Shown here: positions 45,505 through 54,863 of the stretch, piece by piece
How the letters are laid out: each line of letters opens with the position of its first letter
Position numbering within the stretch: the first letter of the stretch is position 1
DNA from: Pirellulales bacterium
GTDB taxonomy: Bacteria > Planctomycetota > Planctomycetia > Pirellulales > UBA1268
Length of the DNA: 64,000 nucleotides
Direction: 5' to 3'
Assembly (NCBI GenBank): GCA_017853835.1
Contig: JAFMIU010000002.1
Coordinates: 44,755-108,754 of the forward strand
Made by a program: the position numbers and the translations under genes
Notes under the pieces: model-generated
Databases searched by the model: none
The model's input: the letters and a program-made list of their open reading frames with translations, nothing else
Told to the model about the DNA's origin: nothing

Positions 45505-46737
45505 TCACGGCATGATCACCCCGGCGATCGCCGCCGACAGGGCGTTGGCCAGCGTGCTGATCACGAGCATCTTCACCCCGAGCTGAGCGAGGTCGCCACG
45601 CCGTTGGGGCACGAGGGCTCCGATGCCTCCCAGCTGGATCCCGACGCTCGAAATGTTGGCGAAGCTGCACATCGCGATCGTCGCGAGCGAGTAAGCCTTC
45701 GGGGAGATCGTGTCTTTCATCGTTCCGAGCTCGAAGTAGGCGATCATCTCGTTGAGCACCGTGCGGGTGCCGAGCAGGCCGCCGATGGCCCCGCAGTCCT
45801 GCGTGGGTACGCCGAGGAGCCAGGCAAACGGAGCGAACACGAGCGACAGCAGCCGCTGGAGCGAGAGTTCGGGCCAGCCTCCGAGGCCGCCGAGCCAGGC
45901 GAGGAGGAGGTTGACGAGCGACACCATCGCGATGAAGGAGATCAGGATGGCACCGACATTCACCGCGAGCATGAGTCCCTCGCGGGTGCCTCTGGCCGCC
46001 GCGTCGAGCACATTCGAATCGAGACGGTCGTCGGCCACCTTGAGTGTCCCGAGCGTTTCGGGGTCACCCATCTCGGGAACGAACATCTTGGTGAGATAGA
46101 TCGTTGCCGGAAAACTCATCAGGATGGCCGTGAGCAGGTCGCGGAGGTCGCACCCTGCCGCCGCATACGCCCCGAGAATCCCGCCCGAGACGAGGCCCAT
46201 GCCGCTCACCATCACCACCGCGAGCTCGGAACGTGTGAGCCGTGGCAGGTAGGGGCGAATCACGAGGGGTGCCTCGGTCTGACCGAGGAAGATCGAGGCG
46301 GCGGCATTGAGGGTTTCGGCGCCGCTCGAACCGAGGATCTTCGAGGTCACCCAGGCAAACGCCCGCACCACCAGCTGCATGATGCCGAGGTGGTACAGCA
46401 CGGCGAACAGCGCCGCCACGAACACGATCGTCGGCAGCACGCGAAAGGCAAAGACGAAGCCGGTGGGCCCTGCGGGATCGACGAGCTTGTCGCCGAAGAC
46501 GAACCGGGCTCCCGACTCGGAGCAGGCCAGCACGGTATCGACCCACTTCGCGGCGTGCTCGAGCGCCGACTGCCCGAGCTGCGACCGCAGGAGCACGAAT
46601 CCAAAGACCACCTGCATCGCCAGGCCGCCGAGCACCATGCGCGGCGAGATCGCTCGACGGTTCTCCGAGAAGAACCAGCCGGCCCCCAGGATCGCGGCCA
46701 CGCCCAACAACCCACGGTAGCGGTCGAGATCGTCCAT
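45505..46737 (-). CDS. nupC: concentrative nucleoside transporter (NupC/CNT family)
   Basis: ORF 45505..46758, ATG at 46737 (MDDLDRYRGLLG). Hallmarks: FVFAFRVLPTIVFVAALFAVLYHLGIMQ, IFLGQTEAPLVIRPYL, FANISSVGIQLGGIGAL. Confidence 0.88.
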   Translation of the reverse strand: MDDLDRYRGLLGVAAILGAGWFFSENRRAISPRMVLGGLAMQVVFGFVLLRSQLGQSALEHAAKWVDTVLACSESGARFVFGDKLVDPAGPTGFVFAFRVLPTIVFVAALFAVLYHLGIMQLVVRAFAWVTSKILGSSGAETLNAAASIFLGQTEAPLVIRPYLPRLTRSELAVVMVSGMGLVSGGILGAYAAAGCDLRDLLTAILMSFPATIYLTKMFVPEMGDPETLGTLKVADDRLDSNVLDAAARGTREGLMLAVNVGAILISFIAMVSLVNLLLAWLGGLGGWPELSLQRLLSLVFAPFAWLLGVPTQDCGAIGGLLGTRTVLNEMIAYFELGTMKDTISPKAYSLATIAMCSFANISSVGIQLGGIGALVPQRRGDLAQLGVKMLVISTLANALSAAIAGVIMP

Positions 46738-46763
46738 CGTCGTGCCTCCTGGCAACAAGGTGA

Positions 46764-48074
46764 TCAGAGCCGTTCAAGAATGAGCGAGCGGGTCGCCGGC
46801 GGGCTGTCGGCGATGGTGGTGGCCGCCGCCAGCATTCGCTGCGTTTCGGGGAGCGAGGCCGCATGGGAAGGATTCACGTGGATTTCAGCAATCACGTCTC
46901 CTTCGCGAACCTCGTCGCCAACGGTCTTCGCAAACACGATGCCCGCGGCCGGATCGATCGCGGAATCAACCCTCGCCCGCCCGGCACCAAGCAGCATCGA
47001 TGCCTGGCCGACGGGCCACGCCTTGATCGATTCGATGAACCCCGATCCCGCGGCCCGGAAGGGCTCCACCTGGGCGGCCTTCGGAAGCACGCCACGGGGA
47101 TCGTCGCAGACCCGCGGGTCGCCCCCCTGGGCCGCCACCACCCGCCGGAATCGCTCGAGCGCCGATCCGTCGTCGATCGAACGACGGCACGCCTCGAGCG
47201 CCGCCTCGTGATCCTCGGCCACGCCACCGAGCAGAAGCATCTCCGCGGCGAGTTCGAGCGAAACCTCCATCAGGTCGGCGGGGCCGTTTCCCTTGAGGCA
47301 CTCGATCGACTCCCACACTTCGAGTGCATTGCCCACCGCCCGGCCCAGCGGCGCATCCATGCTGGTGATCAGCGCCTGCACCGGTTTGCCGAGTTCGCGG
47401 CCGATGCGAGTCATGCTCTCGGCAAGCGCCCTCGCGTCTTCCCGCTTCGCCATGAAGGCGCCGTCGCCCGTCTTCACATCGAGGACGAGGGCATCGATCC
47501 CCTCGGCCAGTTTTTTCGAGAGGATCGACGCCGTGATCAGGGGGATGCTTTCAACCGTCGCGGTGGCATCACGAAGGGCATACAGCACGCGATCGGCCGG
47601 CGCGATCTCGGCGGTCTGGCCGATCAGCACCATCCCGCACTCCCGGGCCACGCGGCGATACGACGCCAGGTCGAGGTCGACGCGAAACCCGGGGATGCTC
47701 TCCAGTTTGTCGAGCGTGCCGCCGGTATGCCCGAGGCCGCGGCCGGAGACCATGGGCACGGTCACGCCACAGGCGGCTGCAATCGGGGCGAGAATCAGGC
47801 TGGTCTTGTCGCCCACGCCCCCCGTGGAGTGCTTGTCGACCTTCGGCCCAGGGATATCCGACAGGTCGAGCACCGTGCCCGAATGCAGCATCGCCTCGAC
47901 GAGGGCGGCCGTTTCGTGCGGGGTCATGCCCCGCCAGAGGATCGCCATGGTGAGGGCAGACCACTGGTAGTTGGGCACTTCTCCCGAGGCGATCCCGCCG
48001 ACGAGAAACCAGATCTCGTCGCACGAGAGTTCGCCCCCGTCTCGCTTCTTTCGGATCAGATCGACGGCTCGCAT
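46764..48074 (-). CDS. deoA: thymidine / pyrimidine-nucleoside phosphorylase
   Basis: 436 aa. IRKKRDGGELS, VDKHSTGGVGDKTSL, SGRGLGHTGGTLDKLESIPGF. This is the canonical family-2 glycosyltransferase fold of TP/PyNP. The two enzymes cannot be distinguished by eye. Confidence 0.9.
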   Translation of the reverse strand: MRAVDLIRKKRDGGELSCDEIWFLVGGIASGEVPNYQWSALTMAILWRGMTPHETAALVEAMLHSGTVLDLSDIPGPKVDKHSTGGVGDKTSLILAPIAAACGVTVPMVSGRGLGHTGGTLDKLESIPGFRVDLDLASYRRVARECGMVLIGQTAEIAPADRVLYALRDATATVESIPLITASILSKKLAEGIDALVLDVKTGDGAFMAKREDARALAESMTRIGRELGKPVQALITSMDAPLGRAVGNALEVWESIECLKGNGPADLMEVSLELAAEMLLLGGVAEDHEAALEACRRSIDDGSALERFRRVVAAQGGDPRVCDDPRGVLPKAAQVEPFRAAGSGFIESIKAWPVGQASMLLGAGRARVDSAIDPAAGIVFAKTVGDEVREGDVIAEIHVNPSHAASLPETQRMLAAATTIADSPPATRSLILERL

Positions 48075-48092
48075 CCGCTCGCCTCCGAAGGT

Positions 48093-48728
48093 TCAGTGCC
48101 CGGCCGACGTTCCAAACTGTCGGTCCCCAGCATCACCAAGGCCAGGAACGATGAATCCCACGCTGTTGAGTCCGTCGTCGAGGGCTGCCACATGGATCGC
48201 CACGTCGGGCATCGCCTCGGAGAGTCGCTCGACCCCTTCGGGCGCCGCGATCAGCGCGAGAAAGATGATCCGTGGGATGCCGGCGGCGTGGAGGATCTCG
48301 CACGTTCGGATGGCCGAACCACCGGTGGCGAGCATCGGATCGACCACGATGGCCATGCTCGCACCACAGTTGGCGGGAAGTTTGTTGTAGTACTCCTGTG
48401 GACGGAGCGTCGCCTCGTCTCGATAGAGCCCGATGTGCCAGACCTCGGCATCGGGAATCAGTTCGAGCAGTCCCTCCGCCATGCCGAGCCCGGCACGGAG
48501 GATCGGCACGATCGCGATTCGCTCGGCGATGCGTCGCCCGCGTGCTTCGCCAAGCGGGGTGGGGACGCGCACATCCTTGGTCGGCACGCCCACCGTGGCC
48601 TCAACCGCGAGGAGCCGGGTGATCTGCCCGACGGCCCGGCGGAACTCCGGAGGACGCGTCACCGGATCTCGGAGCACCGCGACATGGTGCGCGACGAGAG
48701 GATGAGATGAGACCTGAACTCGCGACAT
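48093..48728 (-). CDS. upp: uracil phosphoribosyltransferase
   Basis: ORF 48093..48911, ATG at 48728 (MSRVQVSSHPLVAHHVAVLRD). ILRAGLGM, the PRPP motif VVDPMLATGGSA, and YIVPGLGDAGDR-like FIVPGLGDAGDRQFG. Confidence 0.9.
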   Translation of the reverse strand: MSRVQVSSHPLVAHHVAVLRDPVTRPPEFRRAVGQITRLLAVEATVGVPTKDVRVPTPLGEARGRRIAERIAIVPILRAGLGMAEGLLELIPDAEVWHIGLYRDEATLRPQEYYNKLPANCGASMAIVVDPMLATGGSAIRTCEILHAAGIPRIIFLALIAAPEGVERLSEAMPDVAIHVAALDDGLNSVGFIVPGLGDAGDRQFGTSAGH

Positions 48729-48876
48729 GCGGCACTTTCTCCGATTTTCCCTGCCCGACCACACCGCATGATCATACGGCCGGTGCGGCCGGTGTCGAAG
48801 GCGGATTCCCGGAACGGGACGGTAGACTTTCGTTTCGGCTTCTTTCCTTCGCCATCTCGAGATCACGAGGTTCCTC

Positions 48877-49314
48877 ATGTCGTCCTCATCGACGATCCCT
48901 TCCGACGACACCCTTCTTGCCGCCGCCCGGGCCGTTGGAGCCCACGCCCACTCACCCTATTCAGGCTGGAGGGTGGGATCGGCCGCGGTGTTCGCCGAGA
49001 CGGGCGACACCATCTTTCGGGGAGCCAACGTCGAGAACGGCTCCTACGGTCTCACCATCTGCGGAGAACGATCGGCAATTTTTTCCGGAGTGGCGGGGGG
49101 CGGTCGAAGGCTCGTTCGAATCGCCCTGACCTGCACCGATTCGTCGGGAACCCTGATCGCCAAGATCGCGCCATGCGGCGCCTGCCTCCAGGTGATCGCC
49201 GAGTTTGGAACAGCCGACACGGCGATCGTGATCGACGGTCGCGGTGTGTTTCGACTCGCCGACTTCCTGCCTCGTCCCTTCGGCGCCGACTCGCTCAAGG
49301 CCCACGACGACTGA
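48877..49314 (+). CDS. cdd: cytidine deaminase (homotetrameric type), with CGE instead of CAE at the catalytic motif
   Basis: 145 aa, with GAGG upstream. AHSPYSGWRVGSA, ENGSYGLTICGERSAIF (zinc Cys + catalytic Glu), and PCGACLQV (second zinc pair). Confidence 0.88.
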   Translation: MSSSSTIPSDDTLLAAARAVGAHAHSPYSGWRVGSAAVFAETGDTIFRGANVENGSYGLTICGERSAIFSGVAGGGRRLVRIALTCTDSSGTLIAKIAPCGACLQVIAEFGTADTAIVIDGRGVFRLADFLPRPFGADSLKAHDD

Positions 49315-49364
49315 TCCTGCGGACGTCGGTCGGGTCGTGCCGGTGATGCTGACAAGAACCACGT

Positions 49365-49388
49365 GTCAGATCGGCCGGCCGATCTGAC
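49365..49388. repeat. 24-bp perfect palindrome in the cdd / peptidase intergenic region
   Basis: GTCAGATCGGCC|GGCCGATCTGAC, with no mismatch. It lies 51 nt after the cdd stop. It could fold as a 10-bp hairpin with a CCGG loop or serve as a dimeric operator. Confidence 0.9.
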
Positions 49389-49551
49389 CGTGACGATCGG
49401 GCGGGTTCTCCTGCCTCGACATGCGATTTTTTGGATGAAGCGGGCGGGTTTTTTTGCCCGGCCCCTGAACGTGTTCCATAATCGCGGGCGGTCAGATGGA
49501 GCGACCGCAGGCAGCCGCGCCCCCCGCGGACCTCTGCGAACGGAAGTCCTC

Positions 49552-51267
49552 GTGCCAGTGTCCTGCCCCCCGACGTCGCGCGGCCTCCTCCGGCTCTTGC
49601 TGGCCGGCGCGTGGATCGCTCAGGCGGTCATGGGCTGGGGCAGTGCCTTCGCAGCCGATGTCGGGTCGTGGGGTCCCGCGCCCGAGCCCCCTGTCGCCGT
49701 CACGGCGGTTTCCTCGCACCTCGATGATCTCGCGGCGCGGACCACCGCCCTCGCCGACGAAGGACGCTGGGCGGACGTCGTTGGCATCTGCGAGACGGCC
49801 GCCCGCAAGGGGACGCTCGCCCCGTCGCTTCGGCATCAATACGATCTCGCCAAACTCCATTGCGACATCGCCCGGCGGCACACCGAGCCGGCGTATCGCG
49901 GACAGCTCGCGTCCCTGAGCGAAACCGACGCCCGACGGGCCTACGGCGAGGTGCTTTCCCGCATCGGAAGCCACCATGTCGAGTCGCCCGATTTCACGCG
50001 CCTCGTGAACCGTGGCGTGCGTGCCATCGACGTCGCCATCGACGAGCCGGCCTTCGCCGCCACACATGCCCGCCAAGCCACTCCGGAGCGACGAAAGCTC
50101 TACCGTGAGCAGGTCGGTCAGATCGTGGCGAGCCGGGACGTGGCCACGGCCGCCGACGCCGAAACACTGGCCGCCTGGGTCTCCCGTGCCGCCCATTCGA
50201 TCCTCGGGATTCCGCCGTCAGTCGCGCTGATGGAGATGACGGCCGCGGCCGTCGGTGGCCTCGACGAATACTCGGCCTTTCTCACGACCGGCCAACTCGA
50301 CGATCTCTACTCGCAGATCGAGGGCAACTTCGTGGGCCTCGGGGTGGAACTCAAGTCGGCGGCCGATGGCCTGCTCGTGGTGCACGTGATTCCAGGAAGC
50401 CCGGCCCAACGGGCTGGCATCCGCGCCGGTGATCACCTGGTGGGGGTCGGTGGACGCTCCATCGCCGGCATGGGTGTCGATGAAGCGGCCCATCTCCTGC
50501 AGGGCCCTGAAGGCTCCCTCGTGACACTCGCCATCCTGCGGGCACCCGCCCCGGCCCGCGCGATCAGTGTGCGTCGCGAGCATGTCGACGTGCCAAGCAT
50601 CGAAGACGTCCGGATGATCGATCCCACTGCGGGCGTGGCCTATCTGAAGCTCACCTCGTTTCAGAAAACCACCGCCGCCGACCTCGAGTCGAACCTTCGT
50701 CGGCTCGATGCCTCCGGCATGCGATCCCTGGTGATCGATCTCCGTGGGAATCCGGGCGGGCTGCTCTCGGCCGCCGTCGATGTGGCCGACCTGTTTCTGG
50801 AACGTGGCCTCGTGGTGGCAACGCGTGGCCGCAGCCCCGACGAGGATTTCAACTACTCCGCCGGCCGGCCCGGCACGTGGCGGATGCCGCTCGTGGTGCT
50901 GATCGACGGCGACTCCGCGAGTTCGAGCGAGATCTTCGCCGGTGCAATCCGCGACCATCGCCGTGGCACGATCGTTGGCTCACGAAGCTACGGAAAGGGA
51001 TCGATCCAGGGCATCTTCCCGATCGATGCCGCCGGCGTGGGCATCCGGTTGACGACGGCCAAGTTCTTCTCGCCAAACGGCCACCCCTACAGCGGCGTGG
51101 GTGTCGAACCCGACGTCCAGGTCCATGCCGTCGCCCGCCCCTCGTCCGACGGAACGATGGCCCAGCAGGGATCCGACACCGCCCTGTCGGCCGCCCTCGA
51201 CGTCGCCCGCCGGTCGGTCGTTCGGCCGGCGACTCGCCCCCAGGCCCGGGCCACCGCCTCCCGGTAG
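49552..51267 (+). CDS. S41-family C-terminal processing peptidase with PDZ domain
   Basis: ORF 49363..51267. I prefer the in-frame GTG at 49552 (GGAAG 5 nt upstream) because it gives (M)PVSCPPTSRGLLRLLLAGAWIAQAVMGWGSAFA|AD, a signal peptide. ATG 49435 is the alternative. PDZ domain: GLGVELKSAADGLLVVHVIPGSPAQRAGIRAGDHLV. S41 core: LVIDLRGNPGGLL, LIDGDSASSSEIFAGA, SYGKGSIQ. Confidence 0.85.
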   Translation: MPVSCPPTSRGLLRLLLAGAWIAQAVMGWGSAFAADVGSWGPAPEPPVAVTAVSSHLDDLAARTTALADEGRWADVVGICETAARKGTLAPSLRHQYDLAKLHCDIARRHTEPAYRGQLASLSETDARRAYGEVLSRIGSHHVESPDFTRLVNRGVRAIDVAIDEPAFAATHARQATPERRKLYREQVGQIVASRDVATAADAETLAAWVSRAAHSILGIPPSVALMEMTAAAVGGLDEYSAFLTTGQLDDLYSQIEGNFVGLGVELKSAADGLLVVHVIPGSPAQRAGIRAGDHLVGVGGRSIAGMGVDEAAHLLQGPEGSLVTLAILRAPAPARAISVRREHVDVPSIEDVRMIDPTAGVAYLKLTSFQKTTAADLESNLRRLDASGMRSLVIDLRGNPGGLLSAAVDVADLFLERGLVVATRGRSPDEDFNYSAGRPGTWRMPLVVLIDGDSASSSEIFAGAIRDHRRGTIVGSRSYGKGSIQGIFPIDAAGVGIRLTTAKFFSPNGHPYSGVGVEPDVQVHAVARPSSDGTMAQQGSDTALSAALDVARRSVVRPATRPQARATASR

Positions 51268-51387
51268 CAAGGGGCGTGGGGCCGCTTGAACTGCCCCGGG
51301 ACCACGGCTACGCTTTTTGAGTCTCGTTTCAGAGGTCCGACGCTGATTTCTTCTTCTGGCTGCGACGGACCGCCCATGATCCTGAGG

Positions 51388-51413
51388 CCACACGTGTGAG
51401 CGGACACGTGTGG
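51388..51413. promoter_or_regulatory. 10-bp perfect inverted repeat with CACGTG cores upstream of glnN
   Basis: CCACACGTGT-gagcgg-ACACGTGTGG (51388-51397 / 51404-51413), 87 nt upstream of the glnN ATG in a 232-nt intergenic region. Each arm is itself centred on the palindrome CACGTG. Confidence 0.5.
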
Positions 51414-51499
51414 TTCGGTTCGTACGTTGGCCGGCTCTGCCAGACACGCAGCCGGAAGATGCCCTGCCCTCATTCCCCTTCCATAGGAACACCCTTCTC

Positions 51500-53674
51500 A
51501 TGACGAACGCCCGTGCAAGCGCCATCGCCGCCATCAACAACTATCAGTCCGCCGGACACTCCTGGAACTTCCGCGAAACTCCCACCAGTGAGATCTTCGG
51601 CGCGAATGTCTTTTCCGATTCGGTCATGAAGGACCGGCTCCCGAAAAGTGTCTACAAGGCGCTCCAGGCGACCATCAAGCAGGGCAAGCCGATCGATCCG
51701 AGCATCGCCGACGCGGTGGCGCTGGCCATGAAGGACTGGGCGATCGAAAAGGGTGCCACGCACTACGCCCATGTCTTCTATCCCCTTACCGGCCTCACCG
51801 CCGAGAAGCACGACAGTTTCCTCACGCCCACCGGTAACGGTGACGCCATCGCCGAGTTTTCCGGCAACGAACTCATCCAGGGCGAACCAGACGCCTCGAG
51901 TTTCCCTTCGGGCGGCCTCCGTGCGACGTTCGAGGCTCGTGGCTACACCGCGTGGGATCCCACCAGCCCGGCCTACATCCTCGACAACCCCAACGGCACC
52001 TTCCTCTGCATCCCCACGGCGTTCTGCTCGTGGACGGGCGAGGCGCTCGACAAGAAGACCCCGCTGCTTCGAAGCATGCAGGCCGTCGACAAGCAGGCCC
52101 GCCGGGTGCTTGCCCTCTTCGGCCATAAGGATGTCGGCCAGGTGTCGGCCTCTGCCGGCCCCGAGCAGGAGTACTTCCTGATCGACCGCAACTTCTTCTT
52201 CGCCCGTCCCGACCTCACGATGAGCGGTCGCACGCTCTTCGGCGCCAAGTCGCCAAAGGGGCAGGAGTTTGAAGACCAGTACTTCGGCGCGATCCCTGAG
52301 CGGGTGCTCGCCTTCATGATGGACTCGGAGCGTGAGCTCTACAAACTCGGCGTGCCGGTGAAGACGCGACACAACGAGGTGGCCCCGAGCCAGTATGAGA
52401 TCGCCCCGATCTACGAAAACGCCAACATCGCCACCGACCATCAGCAGGCGATCATGCAGACGCTCACCCGCGTCGCGCAGAAGCATGGCATGGCCTGCCT
52501 GCTGCACGAGAAGCCCTTCGCCGGCATCAACGGCTCCGGCAAGCACGTCAACTGGTCTCTCGGCTGCAAGCTCGGCAATCTGCTCGAACCGGGTGAAACG
52601 CCCCACGCGAACATGCAGTTCCTCGTGTTCTGCGCGGCCGTCATCCGAGCGGTGCACCTCCATGGCGACCTGCTGCGGGCCGTCGTCGCGTCGAGCGGCA
52701 ACGACCACCGTCTCGGTGCCAACGAGGCGCCTCCGGCGATCATTTCGATCTTCCTCGGCGAGCAGCTCGCCGACGTGTTCGAGCAGATCGAGAAGGGGAA
52801 GGCGACGAGTTCGAAGTCGTCGGGCACGCTGACCGTCGGCGTCGACACTCTGCCGCCGATCCCGAAGCATGCCGGCGACCGGAATCGCACGAGCCCGTTT
52901 GCCTTCACGGGCAACAAGTTCGAGTTCCGTGCGGTGGGTTCAAGCCAATCGATCGCGGGTCCACTCGTGGCCCTCAACACGATCATGGCGGAGAGCCTCG
53001 ATTTCATCGCCACGGAGCTCGAGAAGGCCACCGGCGGCGATCAGGCGAAGCTCGCCGGAGCGGTCGAGAAGCTGCTCCAGAAGATCATCGCCCAGCACAA
53101 GGCGGTGATCTTCAACGGCAACGGCTACTCGCAGGAGTGGCACGAAGAGGCCGGCAAGCGAGGCCTTCCGAACAACCGGGCAACCCCCGAGGCGCTCGAC
53201 CAGCTCGTCGCCCCGAAGAACCTCGAGATGTTCGAGAAGTATGGCGTGCTGTCAAAGCGGGAAATGCAGAGCCGTTATGAGATCTACATGGAGCGGTACT
53301 GCAAGGACATCAACACCGAAGCCCAGGCAGCCCTCCAGATGGCCAAAACGCTGATCCTCCCGGCCGGCTACCGGTATCAGGGGGAACTCGTCGATATCGC
53401 CACGAAGCTTCAGACGCTCGGCCAAAAGCCTCACATGGGCACGCTCGACAAGCTCACCACGCTCGTCGGCGAGTTCGAGGGTCGGATCGAGGCGCTGGAG
53501 AAGGCGCTTGGCCACCACGGTGGTGGTGATCTGCGGGCGGAAGTCAAGCACTTCTACGACGACGTCATCCCGGCGATGTCGGCGCTGCGGGAAACGGCTG
53601 ATCAGATGGAAGTCATTCTCCCCGACGATCTGTGGCCCCTGCCGACCTACCGCGAGATGCTGTTCATCAAGTGA
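51500..53674 (+). CDS. glnN: glutamine synthetase type III
   Basis: ORF 51410..53674, ATG at 51500 ([15 protein letters not shown]). 724 aa. GSIII hallmarks: [83 protein letters not shown]. Confidence 0.92.
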   Translation: MTNARASAIAAINNYQSAGHSWNFRETPTSEIFGANVFSDSVMKDRLPKSVYKALQATIKQGKPIDPSIADAVALAMKDWAIEKGATHYAHVFYPLTGLTAEKHDSFLTPTGNGDAIAEFSGNELIQGEPDASSFPSGGLRATFEARGYTAWDPTSPAYILDNPNGTFLCIPTAFCSWTGEALDKKTPLLRSMQAVDKQARRVLALFGHKDVGQVSASAGPEQEYFLIDRNFFFARPDLTMSGRTLFGAKSPKGQEFEDQYFGAIPERVLAFMMDSERELYKLGVPVKTRHNEVAPSQYEIAPIYENANIATDHQQAIMQTLTRVAQKHGMACLLHEKPFAGINGSGKHVNWSLGCKLGNLLEPGETPHANMQFLVFCAAVIRAVHLHGDLLRAVVASSGNDHRLGANEAPPAIISIFLGEQLADVFEQIEKGKATSSKSSGTLTVGVDTLPPIPKHAGDRNRTSPFAFTGNKFEFRAVGSSQSIAGPLVALNTIMAESLDFIATELEKATGGDQAKLAGAVEKLLQKIIAQHKAVIFNGNGYSQEWHEEAGKRGLPNNRATPEALDQLVAPKNLEMFEKYGVLSKREMQSRYEIYMERYCKDINTEAQAALQMAKTLILPAGYRYQGELVDIATKLQTLGQKPHMGTLDKLTTLVGEFEGRIEALEKALGHHGGGDLRAEVKHFYDDVIPAMSALRETADQMEVILPDDLWPLPTYREMLFIK

Positions 53675-54345
53675 GCGACGACCTGACACGGGCGATCGCG
53701 GCGGAGTGCGATCGCCTTGGGCTTGTCATCGCTCCGGAAGCCACGCCGAGGCTGGCCGCGTATGCGGCCAGCCTCTGGTCGTGGAACGAGCGGCTCAACC
53801 TCACCCGCCACACCGACGTCGAGCGGTTCGTCTCCCGCGATGTCGGCGATGCGGCCGCCATTGCACCCCACCTGGCTCGTGGCGAGCGGGTGCTCGACGT
53901 GGGCACTGGCGGTGGTGTTCCAGGGGTGCTTCTCGCCATCCTGCGCCCCGATCTTCGGGTGGAGCTTTCCGACAGCGTCGCCAAGAAGGCCCGCGCGGTC
54001 GAGGCGATCGTGCGGGAGTCGAACCTCACCGTGCCGGTCCATGCCGGAGCGGCCCAGGCGATCGTGGCAGCGCGGCCCGCCGGCGCCGGACGCTTCGACA
54101 CGCTGGTCGTGCGGGCCGTCGCCCCGCTTGCCAAACTGCTCGGCTGGTTCGAACCGCTCGGCGACTCCTTCGGCCGGATGCTCGTCGTGAAAGGGCCAAA
54201 ATGGGAGGAGGAGCGCGACGATGCCCGGATGCGTGGCCTCACTCGACGCATGACGATCCGACGCATCGCCTCATGGCCCATCCGTGGTGGCGATACCGAG
54301 AGCGTGCTGCTCGAGATCAAGCCGCGACTCGAGAGCGACCGCTGA
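53671..54345 (+). CDS. rsmG: 16S rRNA (guanine527-N7)-methyltransferase RsmG
   Basis: ORF 53632..54345. The in-frame GTG at 53671 overlaps the glnN stop (GTGA). Hallmarks: [12 protein letters not shown] motif [26 protein letters not shown]. Confidence 0.85.
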   Translation: MSDDLTRAIAAECDRLGLVIAPEATPRLAAYAASLWSWNERLNLTRHTDVERFVSRDVGDAAAIAPHLARGERVLDVGTGGGVPGVLLAILRPDLRVELSDSVAKKARAVEAIVRESNLTVPVHAGAAQAIVAARPAGAGRFDTLVVRAVAPLAKLLGWFEPLGDSFGRMLVVKGPKWEEERDDARMRGLTRRMTIRRIASWPIRGGDTESVLLEIKPRLESDR

Positions 54346-54371
54346 ACCGAACCACACGCAAGCCGCGTGGT

Positions 54372-54863
54372 CTACAGATTCATGCCGAGGTATCCGCCGG
54401 CGGCATCGCTGGCCGCCTGCTCACGGGCGAGCCGTTCCAACGCACGCAACAAGTCACCGGCCGCGATGTACCGGTCAAACTCGACCTCGACGGCCTGCTT
54501 CACGGCGCCGCGGAGCCATTCCACCGCCGGCTGGGTGAGCCAGTCGCAGGTTTCCTGGTCGATCGCCACCTCCAGATCGCTCCCGATCGTGCGGGCATCG
54601 GGGTCGTCGGTGAGCACCGTGCCCTCGAACGTGAACCGAACCCATCCGATGTCTGGGTCGTTGGTGAAGCGAAACGTGCACCGTCCCTCGGTAAGGTAAT
54701 AGCTGTTGCGGGTGCCGTGGCTCGCCACGGCCTTCTGCATCCTGGCCATTCTCGCCCGATAGACGGGCGAGGCGTCGATCGGGATGTCGAACCTCGGCAC
54801 GCTCCGAAGCGGCGTGCACTCAAACGTGATGGCAACGGCGGGCAATGAAGATGGAGCAGTCAT
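54372..54863 (-). CDS. hypothetical cytoplasmic protein
   Basis: 3' 163 codons of ORF 54372..55082, ATG at 54863 (MTAPSSLPAVAITFECTPL...). Mixed beta/alpha-looking sequence (CTFRFTNDPDIGWVRFTFEGTVLTDD; C-terminal helix AGDLLRALERLAREQ). No family recognised. Confidence 0.55.
   Translation of the reverse strand: MTAPSSLPAVAITFECTPLRSVPRFDIPIDASPVYRARMARMQKAVASHGTRNSYYLTEGRCTFRFTNDPDIGWVRFTFEGTVLTDDPDARTIGSDLEVAIDQETCDWLTQPAVEWLRGAVKQAVEVEFDRYIAAGDLLRALERLAREQAASDAAGGYLGMNL

Noticed and set aside
45604-48710. Two long plus-strand ORFs (45604..47211 and 46863..48710)
   Set aside because: They are antisense to nupC, deoA and upp, which all carry clear family signatures on the minus strand.
51420-51499. 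Sigma-54 promoter upstream of glnN (ttggccggctctgcca)
   Set aside because: The GG and GC dinucleotides are not separated by the required 10 nt. No TGGCAC-N5-TTGC match could be made in any register.
54346-54371. Terminator hairpin between rsmG and the convergent hypothetical gene (accacacgcaagccgcgtggt)
   Set aside because: The stem is imperfect (5 bp plus mismatches), the loop is long, and there is no flanking T/A run.
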